From a virus (lineage: Duplodnaviria > Caudoviricetes), in IMG/VR virus record IMGVR_UViG_3300032226_000551, positions 32,001 through 96,000 of that record: a stretch of DNA of 64,000 nt; one strand, given 5' to 3'. The position numbers and the translations under genes are program-made. Below, one piece after another: positions 39,064 to 48,651 of this stretch. Under the pieces are notes generated by a model. It saw nothing but the letters and a program-made list of their open reading frames with translations, made no database searches and was not told where the DNA came from. The first letter of the stretch is position 1. Each line of letters starts with the position of its first letter.

Positions 39064-39435
39064 ATGGCTATTCCAAAAAAAAGAAACACCTCAAAAAAGA
39101 CAACTACCGAAAATTTATCTAGTGTAAACGATGAAGTTGCGATGAAAGAGGTTGCCGAAAAAATTTTCGGACAAATAAACAACAAAGAACTTGAAAAAAG
39201 TTTAGATAGATGGCTAAAAGAAAATGGCAATAGAAATGCAATAGCATTAAGGGATTTGGATTTATTAAAATCCATAATCACCGAATATTTAGATACATTT
39301 ATCGTATTTGGTTATAATGTTGAAGGGGAAAGAATCATTCTTCAACATTATACAACCGCCAGAGATAGGGATGCCATTATGGAATTTCTAAAAACAATTT
39401 TTATTAAACAACAACAAGATAATTTTCTAGATTAA
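39064..39435 (+). CDS. Hypothetical protein
   Basis: 123-aa ORF from MAIPKK. Confidence 0.7.
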   Translation: MAIPKKRNTSKKTTTENLSSVNDEVAMKEVAEKIFGQINNKELEKSLDRWLKENGNRNAIALRDLDLLKSIITEYLDTFIVFGYNVEGERIILQHYTTARDRDAIMEFLKTIFIKQQQDNFLD

Positions 39436-39439
39436 AGAT

Positions 39440-40309
39440 ATGGCAGAATATAAAAATCCAAATTATAATTCAAAATATTTTCCCCCACATGTTAATTCTA
39501 TTGAGGAATTGCAAGAATTTTTAAAATCAACTAGTGCAGATAAACCACTAGGTAATTTTGATGCTATTCCATATCTTTGTTCTTTAGTAAGAAGATCAGA
39601 TTCTGATGATGACGTAATATATAGTGGTGATGGATTTGATTATGACAATCATTTACAATCTTATTATAAACAATTAACTGCGATTGGAGACGGTAGAGTT
39701 AATTTTTATGAAGTTTGGAAATATATAGAAAAAAATATTATACCGAGAGCAAAAGCACAAACTGAAGTTTTACAAACTGGTGGTTGCACAATAATAGATG
39801 ATTATTTATGCGATACGGTTACTGGACAAAAAATAAAACAATTTAAAAATACATGTAATGTTGCTTTATCAGAACCAATAACATTCGATGAAATATCATC
39901 TACTGTTAATACAATAATAAAAGTTAAAAGAGAATTACATGCGGATTCATTTATTGAATATTTAAAAACCAATTATATTGATAAAGGTTGGTCTGTTAAA
40001 TTAGTTTACTATTCTTCAATATTTATATTTTATGTAGAATTGACAAAAAAAGAATTAAAAGATGGTTCAGAAACCGAATATAATACATTTTATGAAGTTA
40101 TAAAATACTATTCAGATGTTAAAGATTATATATCAGAAAAATTAAAAATAGATTTAACTATTATAGATTCTATTTTTATAGACTTTAGTAGTAGTCCAGA
40201 TTCACTAGAAATAGGTAAAAAAGTAATCTCTAATTTTTCTAATGGAAAAATACCAGACTATTCTAATGGAGAAATTCCAGAATATTATGATGGAATTTTA
40301 TCCGAATAA
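39440..40309 (+). CDS. Hypothetical protein
   Basis: 289-aa ORF; ends with tandem SNGKIPDY/SNGEIPEY. Confidence 0.7.
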   Translation: MAEYKNPNYNSKYFPPHVNSIEELQEFLKSTSADKPLGNFDAIPYLCSLVRRSDSDDDVIYSGDGFDYDNHLQSYYKQLTAIGDGRVNFYEVWKYIEKNIIPRAKAQTEVLQTGGCTIIDDYLCDTVTGQKIKQFKNTCNVALSEPITFDEISSTVNTIIKVKRELHADSFIEYLKTNYIDKGWSVKLVYYSSIFIFYVELTKKELKDGSETEYNTFYEVIKYYSDVKDYISEKLKIDLTIIDSIFIDFSSSPDSLEIGKKVISNFSNGKIPDYSNGEIPEYYDGILSE

Positions 40310-40314
40310 AAGAT

Positions 40315-42345
40315 TTAACAATCTTTTTTACTGTCAGACTCTGTAAAATTGGTATCAGAGGGACAATCAAACCCTAGACTTATATTAACTAAATCTTTAG
40401 GTGTTATATTTCCATCTTCATCATATCCAAAGTTACCTGATAGTGGAGTGGTGTTAACAAAATCATATTGTCCATATGCATCATCACCAACTATACCGAA
40501 TCTAGCATTTCTATTTCTTCTTGCTTTAGAAGCTCTGCTGTTAGGATCAGCAAATACATTGTATCCACCTCCTCCGCCACAAGCTCCACCAAGACCTCTA
40601 GGACCGGGTACTGGACCCATTGCAGTAGAACTAGCAGGGGTTGGGATATTACTAGCATCTGTTCTCGCTCCACCCCAATCTTCCGGTGTTCTATAGTAAT
40701 CACCTTTCAATGCTTCGTGTTCATGCTGGTGAGGACATGGTGTTAAACCATGATTATGTTTAAAATTCCAAATTGGACCAACTATAGGAACACCCGCTAC
40801 CATAAGCATGAATATACCAGTTGGTGCTGGTCCTTCTAACATGGTTAAATTTAAAGTAGAGTTAAATTCCTCCCAAGTAGTTTTAAATATATTTTGTGGT
40901 TGCAACCACCAACCCGGATTTATCCAACAATTTACTCCTTGAACTATTTTATCTGCTGCATCCATAGCTTGGCATGTACCCAACCAATTTGCAGCATTTA
41001 CAATAGTTTTACTAGAACTACTTTCACCAGTTTGCATTCTCATGGATCTTCCTATTATATGACTCGCACAAAGATTTCCATTAACCGAAAGACCACCAAT
41101 CACTGTTGCATTACCATCAACGTTTAATGCACCATGAACTCTAGTGTGATTTGATTTTATTGCAACACCACCACTTCCGCTTCTGTCATCAGCATCAATC
41201 TTTACAACTTTTCCTTTTATAGTGGTTTGATTTGCGGATGTTACAACCATTTCACCTTCTGTTGCTGCCAATAACACAGAACCACAAGCTATATGAGCAT
41301 GACCACTTGATAATATATCTAAACCACAATTTCCGGTTTTTAATAATAATTTACTGTTTACATTAACGGTTAAAAACCCTTTACCCGGATACGGAGCAAC
41401 GAATATTTTATTTTTTATATCGCCTTTACCACATGGAACACTTAAATGTGGTGATTTTTCACTTTTTTTATACTGAATTGATATATTTTTAAATGTACCA
41501 TCCTCAACATATGACGATTCTTTGTTAGAAGTAGGAGGTCCAAAATTAATAGCAGTATCTCCCGCAAAATTCAGAACGCTATCAGATTTACTAAATTTAT
41601 CTTCTAATTTTGTTATTTTATCTGCATTTTCTTCTAAAATTTTTTGTGCTGCTTTATTACCAGCATCAATTTTAGAAGAAGATGATTCAATCATTCCATC
41701 TTTACAACCTTTTGAACCACATGTTCCTCCCAATTCTCCTTTTGTGTCAGTTATACTGAGTATGGGGGCATAGAAAAAATTTAATACCTCAAAAAGAGTA
41801 TCTACAGCATTGCTCTGGTATGCCCATTTAAAATATTTGTTTACGGTATCTCTCAATCTTATTACAAATCCTTCTTTTTTATTAACCAAACTTTGTTGAG
41901 CACAAATTTCACAAGGAACCATATCTCCTTTAGTGGATTTCATCGCATCCTTTTGAGATTTGAGTGCCTTATCCATTATATCGGTCAATTGTTGCTGTGC
42001 TTTTACTATTTCGTCGTTAACTCTTCCTTTTTTATCTATGACATCACCTTTAATTTCATATATTAAATTATTTTCAGATTTAAATGTAATATCTCCTTTT
42101 GATTCCACATCAAATTTAGTACTTTTGAAAAAAACATTTGTAGTGAAAAACGTAATAGCATTTTTAAAAAACGTAATAGCATTGGTTCCATTTGTAATAG
42201 TTGCTGTGCTTTTATCAGCAGCAAATGGAATCTTGTTTTTCATTTCATGAATTAAATTAGATGTGATTCTAAATGGACCTAAATTTAGATCATTGTTTTC
42301 GGTTCTAATATTAGGGTTATTTTGATTTTTAGTAGATTTAAGCAT
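40315..42345 (-). CDS. Baseplate spike-like protein (C-terminal half of split gp5)
   Basis: Beta-helix-like G/V/N repeats (VHGALNVDGNATVIGGLSVNGNL), His cluster HNH...HQHEH, immediately downstream of gp5 OB-fold gene. Confidence 0.6.
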   Translation of the reverse strand: MLKSTKNQNNPNIRTENNDLNLGPFRITSNLIHEMKNKIPFAADKSTATITNGTNAITFFKNAITFFTTNVFFKSTKFDVESKGDITFKSENNLIYEIKGDVIDKKGRVNDEIVKAQQQLTDIMDKALKSQKDAMKSTKGDMVPCEICAQQSLVNKKEGFVIRLRDTVNKYFKWAYQSNAVDTLFEVLNFFYAPILSITDTKGELGGTCGSKGCKDGMIESSSSKIDAGNKAAQKILEENADKITKLEDKFSKSDSVLNFAGDTAINFGPPTSNKESSYVEDGTFKNISIQYKKSEKSPHLSVPCGKGDIKNKIFVAPYPGKGFLTVNVNSKLLLKTGNCGLDILSSGHAHIACGSVLLAATEGEMVVTSANQTTIKGKVVKIDADDRSGSGGVAIKSNHTRVHGALNVDGNATVIGGLSVNGNLCASHIIGRSMRMQTGESSSSKTIVNAANWLGTCQAMDAADKIVQGVNCWINPGWWLQPQNIFKTTWEEFNSTLNLTMLEGPAPTGIFMLMVAGVPIVGPIWNFKHNHGLTPCPHQHEHEALKGDYYRTPEDWGGARTDASNIPTPASSTAMGPVPGPRGLGGACGGGGGYNVFADPNSRASKARRNRNARFGIVGDDAYGQYDFVNTTPLSGNFGYDEDGNITPKDLVNISLGFDCPSDTNFTESDSKKDC
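42146..42183. repeat. 17-bp direct repeat (21-bp period) within spike gene
   Basis: AAAAACGTAATAGCATT twice, encoding NAITFF twice. Confidence 0.7.
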
Positions 42346-42350
42346 GTGTA

Positions 42351-43772
42351 TTATTCTTTTAGTTTTTTAACAGCTGTTATATTATTATTAACGATTGTAA
42401 GTTCATATTTATCAGTAGTACCATCTAAAGTACCGATATATATACCACTATCATCTTCTTTAATATTTGTAAATTTTGATGCAGGATTTTCGCCATCATT
42501 AAATTCTAATTCCTCCGATACTGGTAGAGAATTAATTTCTTCTCGATTTGTATTACCCGAAACACCTTCTCCGATACTGTGTGTACTGCTACTACTAGTA
42601 GAAGTAGAAGTTGAAGTATTTACTGATACATTATTGTGTGCGCGTGTTTCATTTGGCGGTAAACTATATGCAAAAAATACAGGGGTTTGTACATCGCCAC
42701 CATAAAAAAATAACCATACTCTTGAAAGTATTTTAGTAGTAGACCGAGTACCTGATGGTACACCCTCACCGGGTGATGAGGAACGAGGGACCTCTGGAAC
42801 ACTTGTAGCAGTTCCTTCAGGTACTGTTGTAGTTGTACTAGTAGAACCATCTTCGGTTGTAACATCTTGTGATGGACTTTCAGGTGTTGCGGAAGCAGGT
42901 GAAATTTCCGAAATAGGACTAACGAATCTATCATCTTTAAATGTTCTTATTTGTCCTCTTTTAAATTGATTTCCTATATTTTGAAACCATGTTGGAGATC
43001 CAGATAAATTAGTATTTACATTTCCACCCGAATTTCTCCAAAAAACATTTTTTTTATCGTCTCTTCTAAATCCAATATGTATATGATCTCCTTCCCATCC
43101 AATTTCAGTAGCACCGTTTTGCATCCACCATTGTATAATACTTTCTTGTTCTGTTGGTGAAACTGGCATACGTATATCAATAGCTCTTGATAATTTTGTA
43201 TAATTACCATTTTTATCTTTTTCTGCATTGTGTAAACTACCTGCACTAGATCCTGTTACGACACGACCATCAGATCCTCTAACAGTATTAGTTGCTGCAT
43301 CATATGTTCTTACTGTACTAGTTATAGTAGATTTTGGAAATTCCTCTTTAAAACTTGGTAATAGATTTTTAATATTTGAATCTAAACCATCAGTGGGTTT
43401 TCCGTCTATGTTATCACCAGTAAAGACAGGAGCTTCGTTATTAGTTCCAACTGGAACAATATAATAAGAAGGTTCTATAGGAACTGATGCTGCACCTCTA
43501 TTTTCTTGGTGATACATAGCCGTACCGGGTCCGATTAAAGGGGTCGCCTTTTCTGCCCAAGGTAAAACACTACGTAATTTTTTTAATATTTCTTCATTTA
43601 AAGTAAAAGTTGAACCTATATCCATACCTATACTTTTATTGGTATTATTGTTGTTCCAATTATCGTATATGGTATTAGTTACACCTGGTACATAAATCTG
43701 AACTCTGTCTCTTCCCTCTGGATCTTGATCATTTACAACCAAACCTAAATAATTTCCATAATATTTTTCCAT
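42351..43772 (-). CDS. gp5: gp5-like N-terminal OB-fold protein with inserted M15-type peptidase
   Basis: YLGLVVNDQDPEGRDRVQIYVP, LPWAE, VWLFFYGGD..PVFFA; insert STVR...SLH...AIDI...HIHIG. Confidence 0.7.
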   Translation of the reverse strand: MEKYYGNYLGLVVNDQDPEGRDRVQIYVPGVTNTIYDNWNNNNTNKSIGMDIGSTFTLNEEILKKLRSVLPWAEKATPLIGPGTAMYHQENRGAASVPIEPSYYIVPVGTNNEAPVFTGDNIDGKPTDGLDSNIKNLLPSFKEEFPKSTITSTVRTYDAATNTVRGSDGRVVTGSSAGSLHNAEKDKNGNYTKLSRAIDIRMPVSPTEQESIIQWWMQNGATEIGWEGDHIHIGFRRDDKKNVFWRNSGGNVNTNLSGSPTWFQNIGNQFKRGQIRTFKDDRFVSPISEISPASATPESPSQDVTTEDGSTSTTTTVPEGTATSVPEVPRSSSPGEGVPSGTRSTTKILSRVWLFFYGGDVQTPVFFAYSLPPNETRAHNNVSVNTSTSTSTSSSSTHSIGEGVSGNTNREEINSLPVSEELEFNDGENPASKFTNIKEDDSGIYIGTLDGTTDKYELTIVNNNITAVKKLKE

Positions 43773-43775
43773 ATT

Positions 43776-45266
43776 TTATTTTTTGGAATCTACACATTCA
43801 GGTGATACTAAAGATAAATCTCCTCCCAATCCGGTTTTTTCTACTTCTTCTTGGGTTTTTGCAGAACTCATCATGTATTTCAATGCATTTTGTGGAGCAT
43901 TTGATAGATATTCTGCCTCTTTTCCTACTTGTTTTACAGAATCTCCGATTCCTGTAAATGCTTCTTTTAAGTTTGCTTCAACTTTATCACCAGTCCTTTT
44001 AATTATTTTAAATGAACCAGCTATAGGATTAAGATTATAATCAAGTGCTGGTTCATCGTCCGTACCGGGTATCAAAGTGGGACTTACTTTAGAAGGTTCT
44101 TTACATTGTTGCATTATTTCAGAACTAAATCTATTTAAATATGATGCTATAGCAGGTATAGCCTTATGCTGTTTTCCAAATTTTGCAATTAAAGATTCCA
44201 TGATATTTCCTTCCAATGCATCTGCAACATAACTCATACCATAATTTGATAATTGATCGGATAAAAATCCACTAGGATCGGAACCAATTTCATCTACCAT
44301 GTCTATAATTTCTTTAACCTGTGGTGGTAAATAAGACATAATAGTATCTAAAGGATTTGCTAATTTATTTGCAAATCCAGAAGCTATATTGACATAACTT
44401 TGAATTTGATTTAAATAATTAAAAATCGATCCAGATTGTGTAAAAAGAGAAGTAAAAAAACCAACATCATCTAATAATACTTGTACCGCTTCCAATATTA
44501 AACATATTAAATCCAAAGGTATAATACGTTCAATTATATTCATTAATATTATATTAATTAATTTTAATATACCATTTATATAAGAATAATATTGTTGTAT
44601 TATTCTTATAGCACCTTGATATATTGCATAAATTGCTCTTTGAAAAGATTTAATAACACCATTTAATCTTGCCACAACACGTTGTAATGATCCAAATGCC
44701 ATAGCGGGTAATGCTAAATATGATCTGGATCTAATCATATTACAAAATCTTTCTATATTCTCTGTAAACTTTGGACTTAGTTTATTTAATAAATCTTCAC
44801 AAACGGATGGTGTATTTTTTGCTGGTCCGGTTATTGGACTACCGTTCACCATAGCTGCTAAAGATGCTAATGAACCAACACCAGACCAACCAACCGGATT
44901 TTCATATTCACCATCATTCGTTAATAATTTCCAACCGGGTGTTTTAGTGATAACCGAATAGTATGTAATCTCTTCTTGTTTTTGTGTTTTTTCGTTGATT
45001 CCAAGAAATACAAGAGTTGGTAATGTGTTTATTACATAATCATAATCTGTTTTTGTTACTGTATATGATGATCCAGCTTCAAATTTGAATGTATAATTTT
45101 CTTCCAATGGTTTATACCCATCGGCTAAAATTGACAAGTATGCTGCAAATTTATTATCGTTGTTGCAAAGAGTTCTCAACGATCTATAAGCATCACTAGA
45201 AATTATAGCTAAACGACTTGTTTCTGTTATATAATTAAAATCGTCTAAATTTTTTATTATTGTCAT
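43776..45266 (-). CDS. Hypothetical structural (baseplate/tail-associated) protein
   Basis: 496 aa, amphipathic helices, late motif at 45273-45278, upstream of gp5. Confidence 0.55.
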   Translation of the reverse strand: MTIIKNLDDFNYITETSRLAIISSDAYRSLRTLCNNDNKFAAYLSILADGYKPLEENYTFKFEAGSSYTVTKTDYDYVINTLPTLVFLGINEKTQKQEEITYYSVITKTPGWKLLTNDGEYENPVGWSGVGSLASLAAMVNGSPITGPAKNTPSVCEDLLNKLSPKFTENIERFCNMIRSRSYLALPAMAFGSLQRVVARLNGVIKSFQRAIYAIYQGAIRIIQQYYSYINGILKLINIILMNIIERIIPLDLICLILEAVQVLLDDVGFFTSLFTQSGSIFNYLNQIQSYVNIASGFANKLANPLDTIMSYLPPQVKEIIDMVDEIGSDPSGFLSDQLSNYGMSYVADALEGNIMESLIAKFGKQHKAIPAIASYLNRFSSEIMQQCKEPSKVSPTLIPGTDDEPALDYNLNPIAGSFKIIKRTGDKVEANLKEAFTGIGDSVKQVGKEAEYLSNAPQNALKYMMSSAKTQEEVEKTGLGGDLSLVSPECVDSKK

Positions 45267-45312
45267 ATTATATATTTACTTTTGAAGTAAAAATGTTATT
45301 ATTATATAACTT

Positions 45313-45912
45313 ATGCAAAATAATTCAAAATTCCACAAAATCATAGGAATAGCAGGTGCTTCTAGGTCTGGAAAAGATACTCTATGTCGATCATTGATAC
45401 GAATTTTGAATGAAAAATACAACGTAGAAGCAGAAAGAAGGTCTATAGCAGGAGATTTGATCAAAAAAAACCTGAGAAGCATTATAATCAATAGCGTTGG
45501 AATAGATTCATTTACCGAAAACACAGAAGAAAAGGAATTAATTAGACCATTATTGGTAGAATATGGAAAATTGATGAGAAATAATACAAAAGCTAGATAT
45601 TTTGTTGAAAATTTTGAAGTTGTAAAAGAAAAAACTCTAATAATTCCGGATATAAGATATGCCGAATACTTAAAAGACGAAATTCACTGGATTAAAAATG
45701 AAGTAGATGGATATTTAATCTTTTTAGAAAGAGAAAACATCAAAGATGCTAATGAAACAGAAAAAATTAACAACAAAAAGTTGAAAATTCTTTCAAATTG
45801 CTGTATTCGTTGGGGGAAATTGGACGAAAATAACAAAAGTGATAGAAAAATTATAGATGATTATTCTATAAAAATTTTAAATGATATATTTCAGTCTACC
45901 ACTTCCCAATAG
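45313..45912 (+). CDS. Deoxynucleoside monophosphate kinase (gp1-like)
   Basis: IIGIAGASRSGKDT, RPLLVEYG, IIPDIRY..E. Confidence 0.8.
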   Translation: MQNNSKFHKIIGIAGASRSGKDTLCRSLIRILNEKYNVEAERRSIAGDLIKKNLRSIIINSVGIDSFTENTEEKELIRPLLVEYGKLMRNNTKARYFVENFEVVKEKTLIIPDIRYAEYLKDEIHWIKNEVDGYLIFLERENIKDANETEKINNKKLKILSNCCIRWGKLDENNKSDRKIIDDYSIKILNDIFQSTTSQ

Positions 45913-46210
45913 GACATTTTTCTGCCTTCAAATATGTCTTAATCGCCATATTACATCCACATTTGGTACATCTTTCCGCAGATTTATTAAAAAATTCGCA
46001 TCCATTGCAAATTTCTAATCTTTTTTTTGCTTGTTCGTTGTTTTCGGTTAATGGATTTCCAGCGGCTACGCTTTTTATGTTTCGCACAATAGAATTTCCC
46101 AAGTTTTTTGCCATTTGTGTATTAGAAGGATAGTTATTATCCTTATAACCCTGTAAACTTCTAATTTTAGAAGCATCTAATCTAGCTTTTAATTGTTCTT
46201 TGTCTATCAT
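45896..46210 (-). CDS. Small Cys-rich protein (DUF6171-like)
   Basis: RLEICNGCEFF...RCTKCGCNM..KT....KCPIGKW. Confidence 0.7.
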   Translation of the reverse strand: MIDKEQLKARLDASKIRSLQGYKDNNYPSNTQMAKNLGNSIVRNIKSVAAGNPLTENNEQAKKRLEICNGCEFFNKSAERCTKCGCNMAIKTYLKAEKCPIGKW

Positions 46211-48048
46211 AAATTTTTATCCTCCACATCCCAAATTTTTTGAAATGCATCAACCTTTGTTGCTATAACTTCTGTTACATAACTACTCTTTGTGAATAGA
46301 TGGACAACTTTTGTCATTATCCATTGACCTAAAAATCGATCATTGAATGCGTTTCTTTTTCCGTTTGATCCGGTGCTGTCGATGAATATAAACCGACCGG
46401 GTGCTCGTATGGTTAATCCATTACTCACAAATGAAATTGCCTGATTCAAAAACAATAAATTTTTCATCATTTCAATTTGTGGTAAATTATTTGGAAAAAA
46501 TGAACGATATGCCAATGCAGGTTTTGTTGCTATTCCTTTTTGTTTGGTTTGATTTAAATTTGCTAATATATGAGCATCTTTGTTTATTTCAAATGAATAT
46601 AAACTATCTTTTGCTGCTTCTGTAAATTTATCAATCACATCTTTTGCCGTATTGTTTTCTGATAATATATTAAAAGTCCCTTCGTTGAAATTATAATAAT
46701 GTAAAGGTCTGTTTACAATTTTCATGTCATCCAAACTAACCATTGGTGAGAATTTATATGATTTTATTCGGGATGCTATACCAGAAGTAAAATTCTGTTG
46801 CATGAAATTTTCTATATCTTCTCCATATAACGGTCCCCTATTAAAATATGGTTGTTTTGTAAGAATATTATCTTCAATAATCAATCTTTCAACCTGTTCT
46901 GTTTTAGATCTTTCAAAAATAGTTTTCAAAGAAACCAATTCCCATTGTTTATTTCTTGTATTTTTAGATTCACCGTCTATATAATCACCAGAATTTCTAC
47001 TAAACCTCAAAAATACCGGATAACCTTCACTGGAACATGCATTTTGCATAACATAGTCCAGATCTTGCAAAACATTAGAATTTGCAGGAGATGTATAGAA
47101 AATATGATTGTTATTTTTTGGATCATTATTAACATATCCATTTTCCCAAAATAGACTAAATCTATTGAGTGGTATATTCGGGTTATCTATTGTACCCTTC
47201 CCTTCGGTATATCCAATATTAACTACTTTTCCTTTTTTATTTTCATATTTTGGATCTATCAATGCCGCAGTTTCAATTATTGATTTAACTGCAATATTTG
47301 CTGGAATAGAACTTTCAAAATCATCCAATTCCCATGGTTCTTTATCTCTGAGATAGTTCATAGTTCCACTTTCTTCAAAAGTTGAAATATATGTGTCTAT
47401 TCCTTGTAATCTAGATGACCATTCGATGTTTCTTTCTAGGAAAAATTGATACCTCTCATCCCAAAAGTAATACTTTCTTAATTTATTTTGATTATCACCA
47501 ACAGGCATGTCCTCTATGTCATAAATAACACAATCGAATGCCATTTCCCATTGTTCTTTCGGTAAAGTTTGCTCTCCCAAAGATGCACCGAAACTATTTT
47601 TTTTATTATTTTCTATTGGATATATTTTAAAAGATATTCTATTTCTTCCATCGCTTCTAAAAATATAAGGTGGTTTTATATCATTTTTATCTGCGGCACT
47701 ACCTCTTGTCAAAACTTCGAATTTATCGTCAAATACTATCCATCCTTTAACATTCCAATCACTCAAAGATTCCTCAAATGCCATAGAATGCACAAATAAA
47801 AATGGAACAGCAAAAGGTTTTTGTTCATCTAATTGATTATACATCATTATTTCAATATAATATAATTGATCTCTAATTTGATGTATAAATCCACTTCTAT
47901 CCATATCGCTCAATACGGATTCAATAGGAGTTGTTTCGGTTTGCGTTTTTCCTATTGTTTTATCACGAAGATCTTGCATATAAGGCGATTCTTGTGAATC
48001 AATAAGAGGACTTCCAACTGGTGTATCATATAAACTAACAGGATCCAT
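46207..48048 (-). CDS. Baseplate hub protein, gp27-like
   Basis: FEESL..W..KG near N-terminus; C-terminal GQWIMTKVVHLF..SYVTEVIATK typical of hub proteins. Confidence 0.6.
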   Translation of the reverse strand: MDPVSLYDTPVGSPLIDSQESPYMQDLRDKTIGKTQTETTPIESVLSDMDRSGFIHQIRDQLYYIEIMMYNQLDEQKPFAVPFLFVHSMAFEESLSDWNVKGWIVFDDKFEVLTRGSAADKNDIKPPYIFRSDGRNRISFKIYPIENNKKNSFGASLGEQTLPKEQWEMAFDCVIYDIEDMPVGDNQNKLRKYYFWDERYQFFLERNIEWSSRLQGIDTYISTFEESGTMNYLRDKEPWELDDFESSIPANIAVKSIIETAALIDPKYENKKGKVVNIGYTEGKGTIDNPNIPLNRFSLFWENGYVNNDPKNNNHIFYTSPANSNVLQDLDYVMQNACSSEGYPVFLRFSRNSGDYIDGESKNTRNKQWELVSLKTIFERSKTEQVERLIIEDNILTKQPYFNRGPLYGEDIENFMQQNFTSGIASRIKSYKFSPMVSLDDMKIVNRPLHYYNFNEGTFNILSENNTAKDVIDKFTEAAKDSLYSFEINKDAHILANLNQTKQKGIATKPALAYRSFFPNNLPQIEMMKNLLFLNQAISFVSNGLTIRAPGRFIFIDSTGSNGKRNAFNDRFLGQWIMTKVVHLFTKSSYVTEVIATKVDAFQKIWDVEDKNL

Positions 48049-48050
48049 AA

Positions 48051-48650
48051 TTAACAAGTCTCCTCATCTACGTTTTTTAGTAAATCAACATCCAATTGAT
48101 TGAATGCAAAAGATGCAGTACATGATATTTCAGATGGATCTTGGTGCGAAAAATTTATTTCTGATAACGAAACAGGAAAAACATGATTATATTTAAATGC
48201 TACAATTTTTTTATTATATTCATCCAATGCATATATGGTAAATCTTGATACAAGTTCTGACATTGGAGTTTCCAATGTTGGTTTTTTACTTGTTGACATC
48301 AATTCCATACGAACATCCGACTTAGATGTTTGTGAATCATTAAAACTATTTAACCATTTCCAAATTATCCAATAGTTTTTATAACCATTATCAACAAAAA
48401 ACCTGACATTTAATGGTTGATATGCGGGTCTGGACAAAGAAGATGCTTTATAAAATTGATTATCGAATGCAACATCAATAGAAGGAACATTTACACTAGG
48501 AATAGGAGAACCATATGTAGTAAATTGAATCTGATCGGGATGATAATTTTCATTTAAAATGTTATCATATTTCTTTTTTAAGAATATCGGAAGATCCAAT
48601 ATCATTAAAAATTTATCATTACGTGTTTTATTTAAAATTGCTTGATTCAT
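48051..48650 (-). CDS. gp3: Tail tube terminator/completion protein, gp3-like
   Basis: YQPLNVRFFVD...NY..IWKW, FPVSLSEINF, CTASFAF. Confidence 0.7.
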   Translation of the reverse strand: MNQAILNKTRNDKFLMILDLPIFLKKKYDNILNENYHPDQIQFTTYGSPIPSVNVPSIDVAFDNQFYKASSLSRPAYQPLNVRFFVDNGYKNYWIIWKWLNSFNDSQTSKSDVRMELMSTSKKPTLETPMSELVSRFTIYALDEYNKKIVAFKYNHVFPVSLSEINFSHQDPSEISCTASFAFNQLDVDLLKNVDEETC

Positions 48651-48651
48651 A

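Noticed and set aside
40238-40294. 24-bp tandem repeat at the end of ORF 39440 as a diversity or DGR element
   Set aside because: Only two degenerate in-frame copies; no reverse transcriptase or template repeat in the window
42340-42356. Stop-codon readthrough joining the two gp5 halves
   Set aside because: Downstream ATG is 5 nt after TAA in a different frame; no clear slippery site plus stimulatory structure
40349-47799. Numerous 60-160 aa ORFs antisense to or nested in structural genes (also elsewhere, e.g. 12557-12835, 54945-55433)
   Set aside because: Shadow ORFs of real genes; Ser/Phe/Leu-rich composition, no promoter motif or domain
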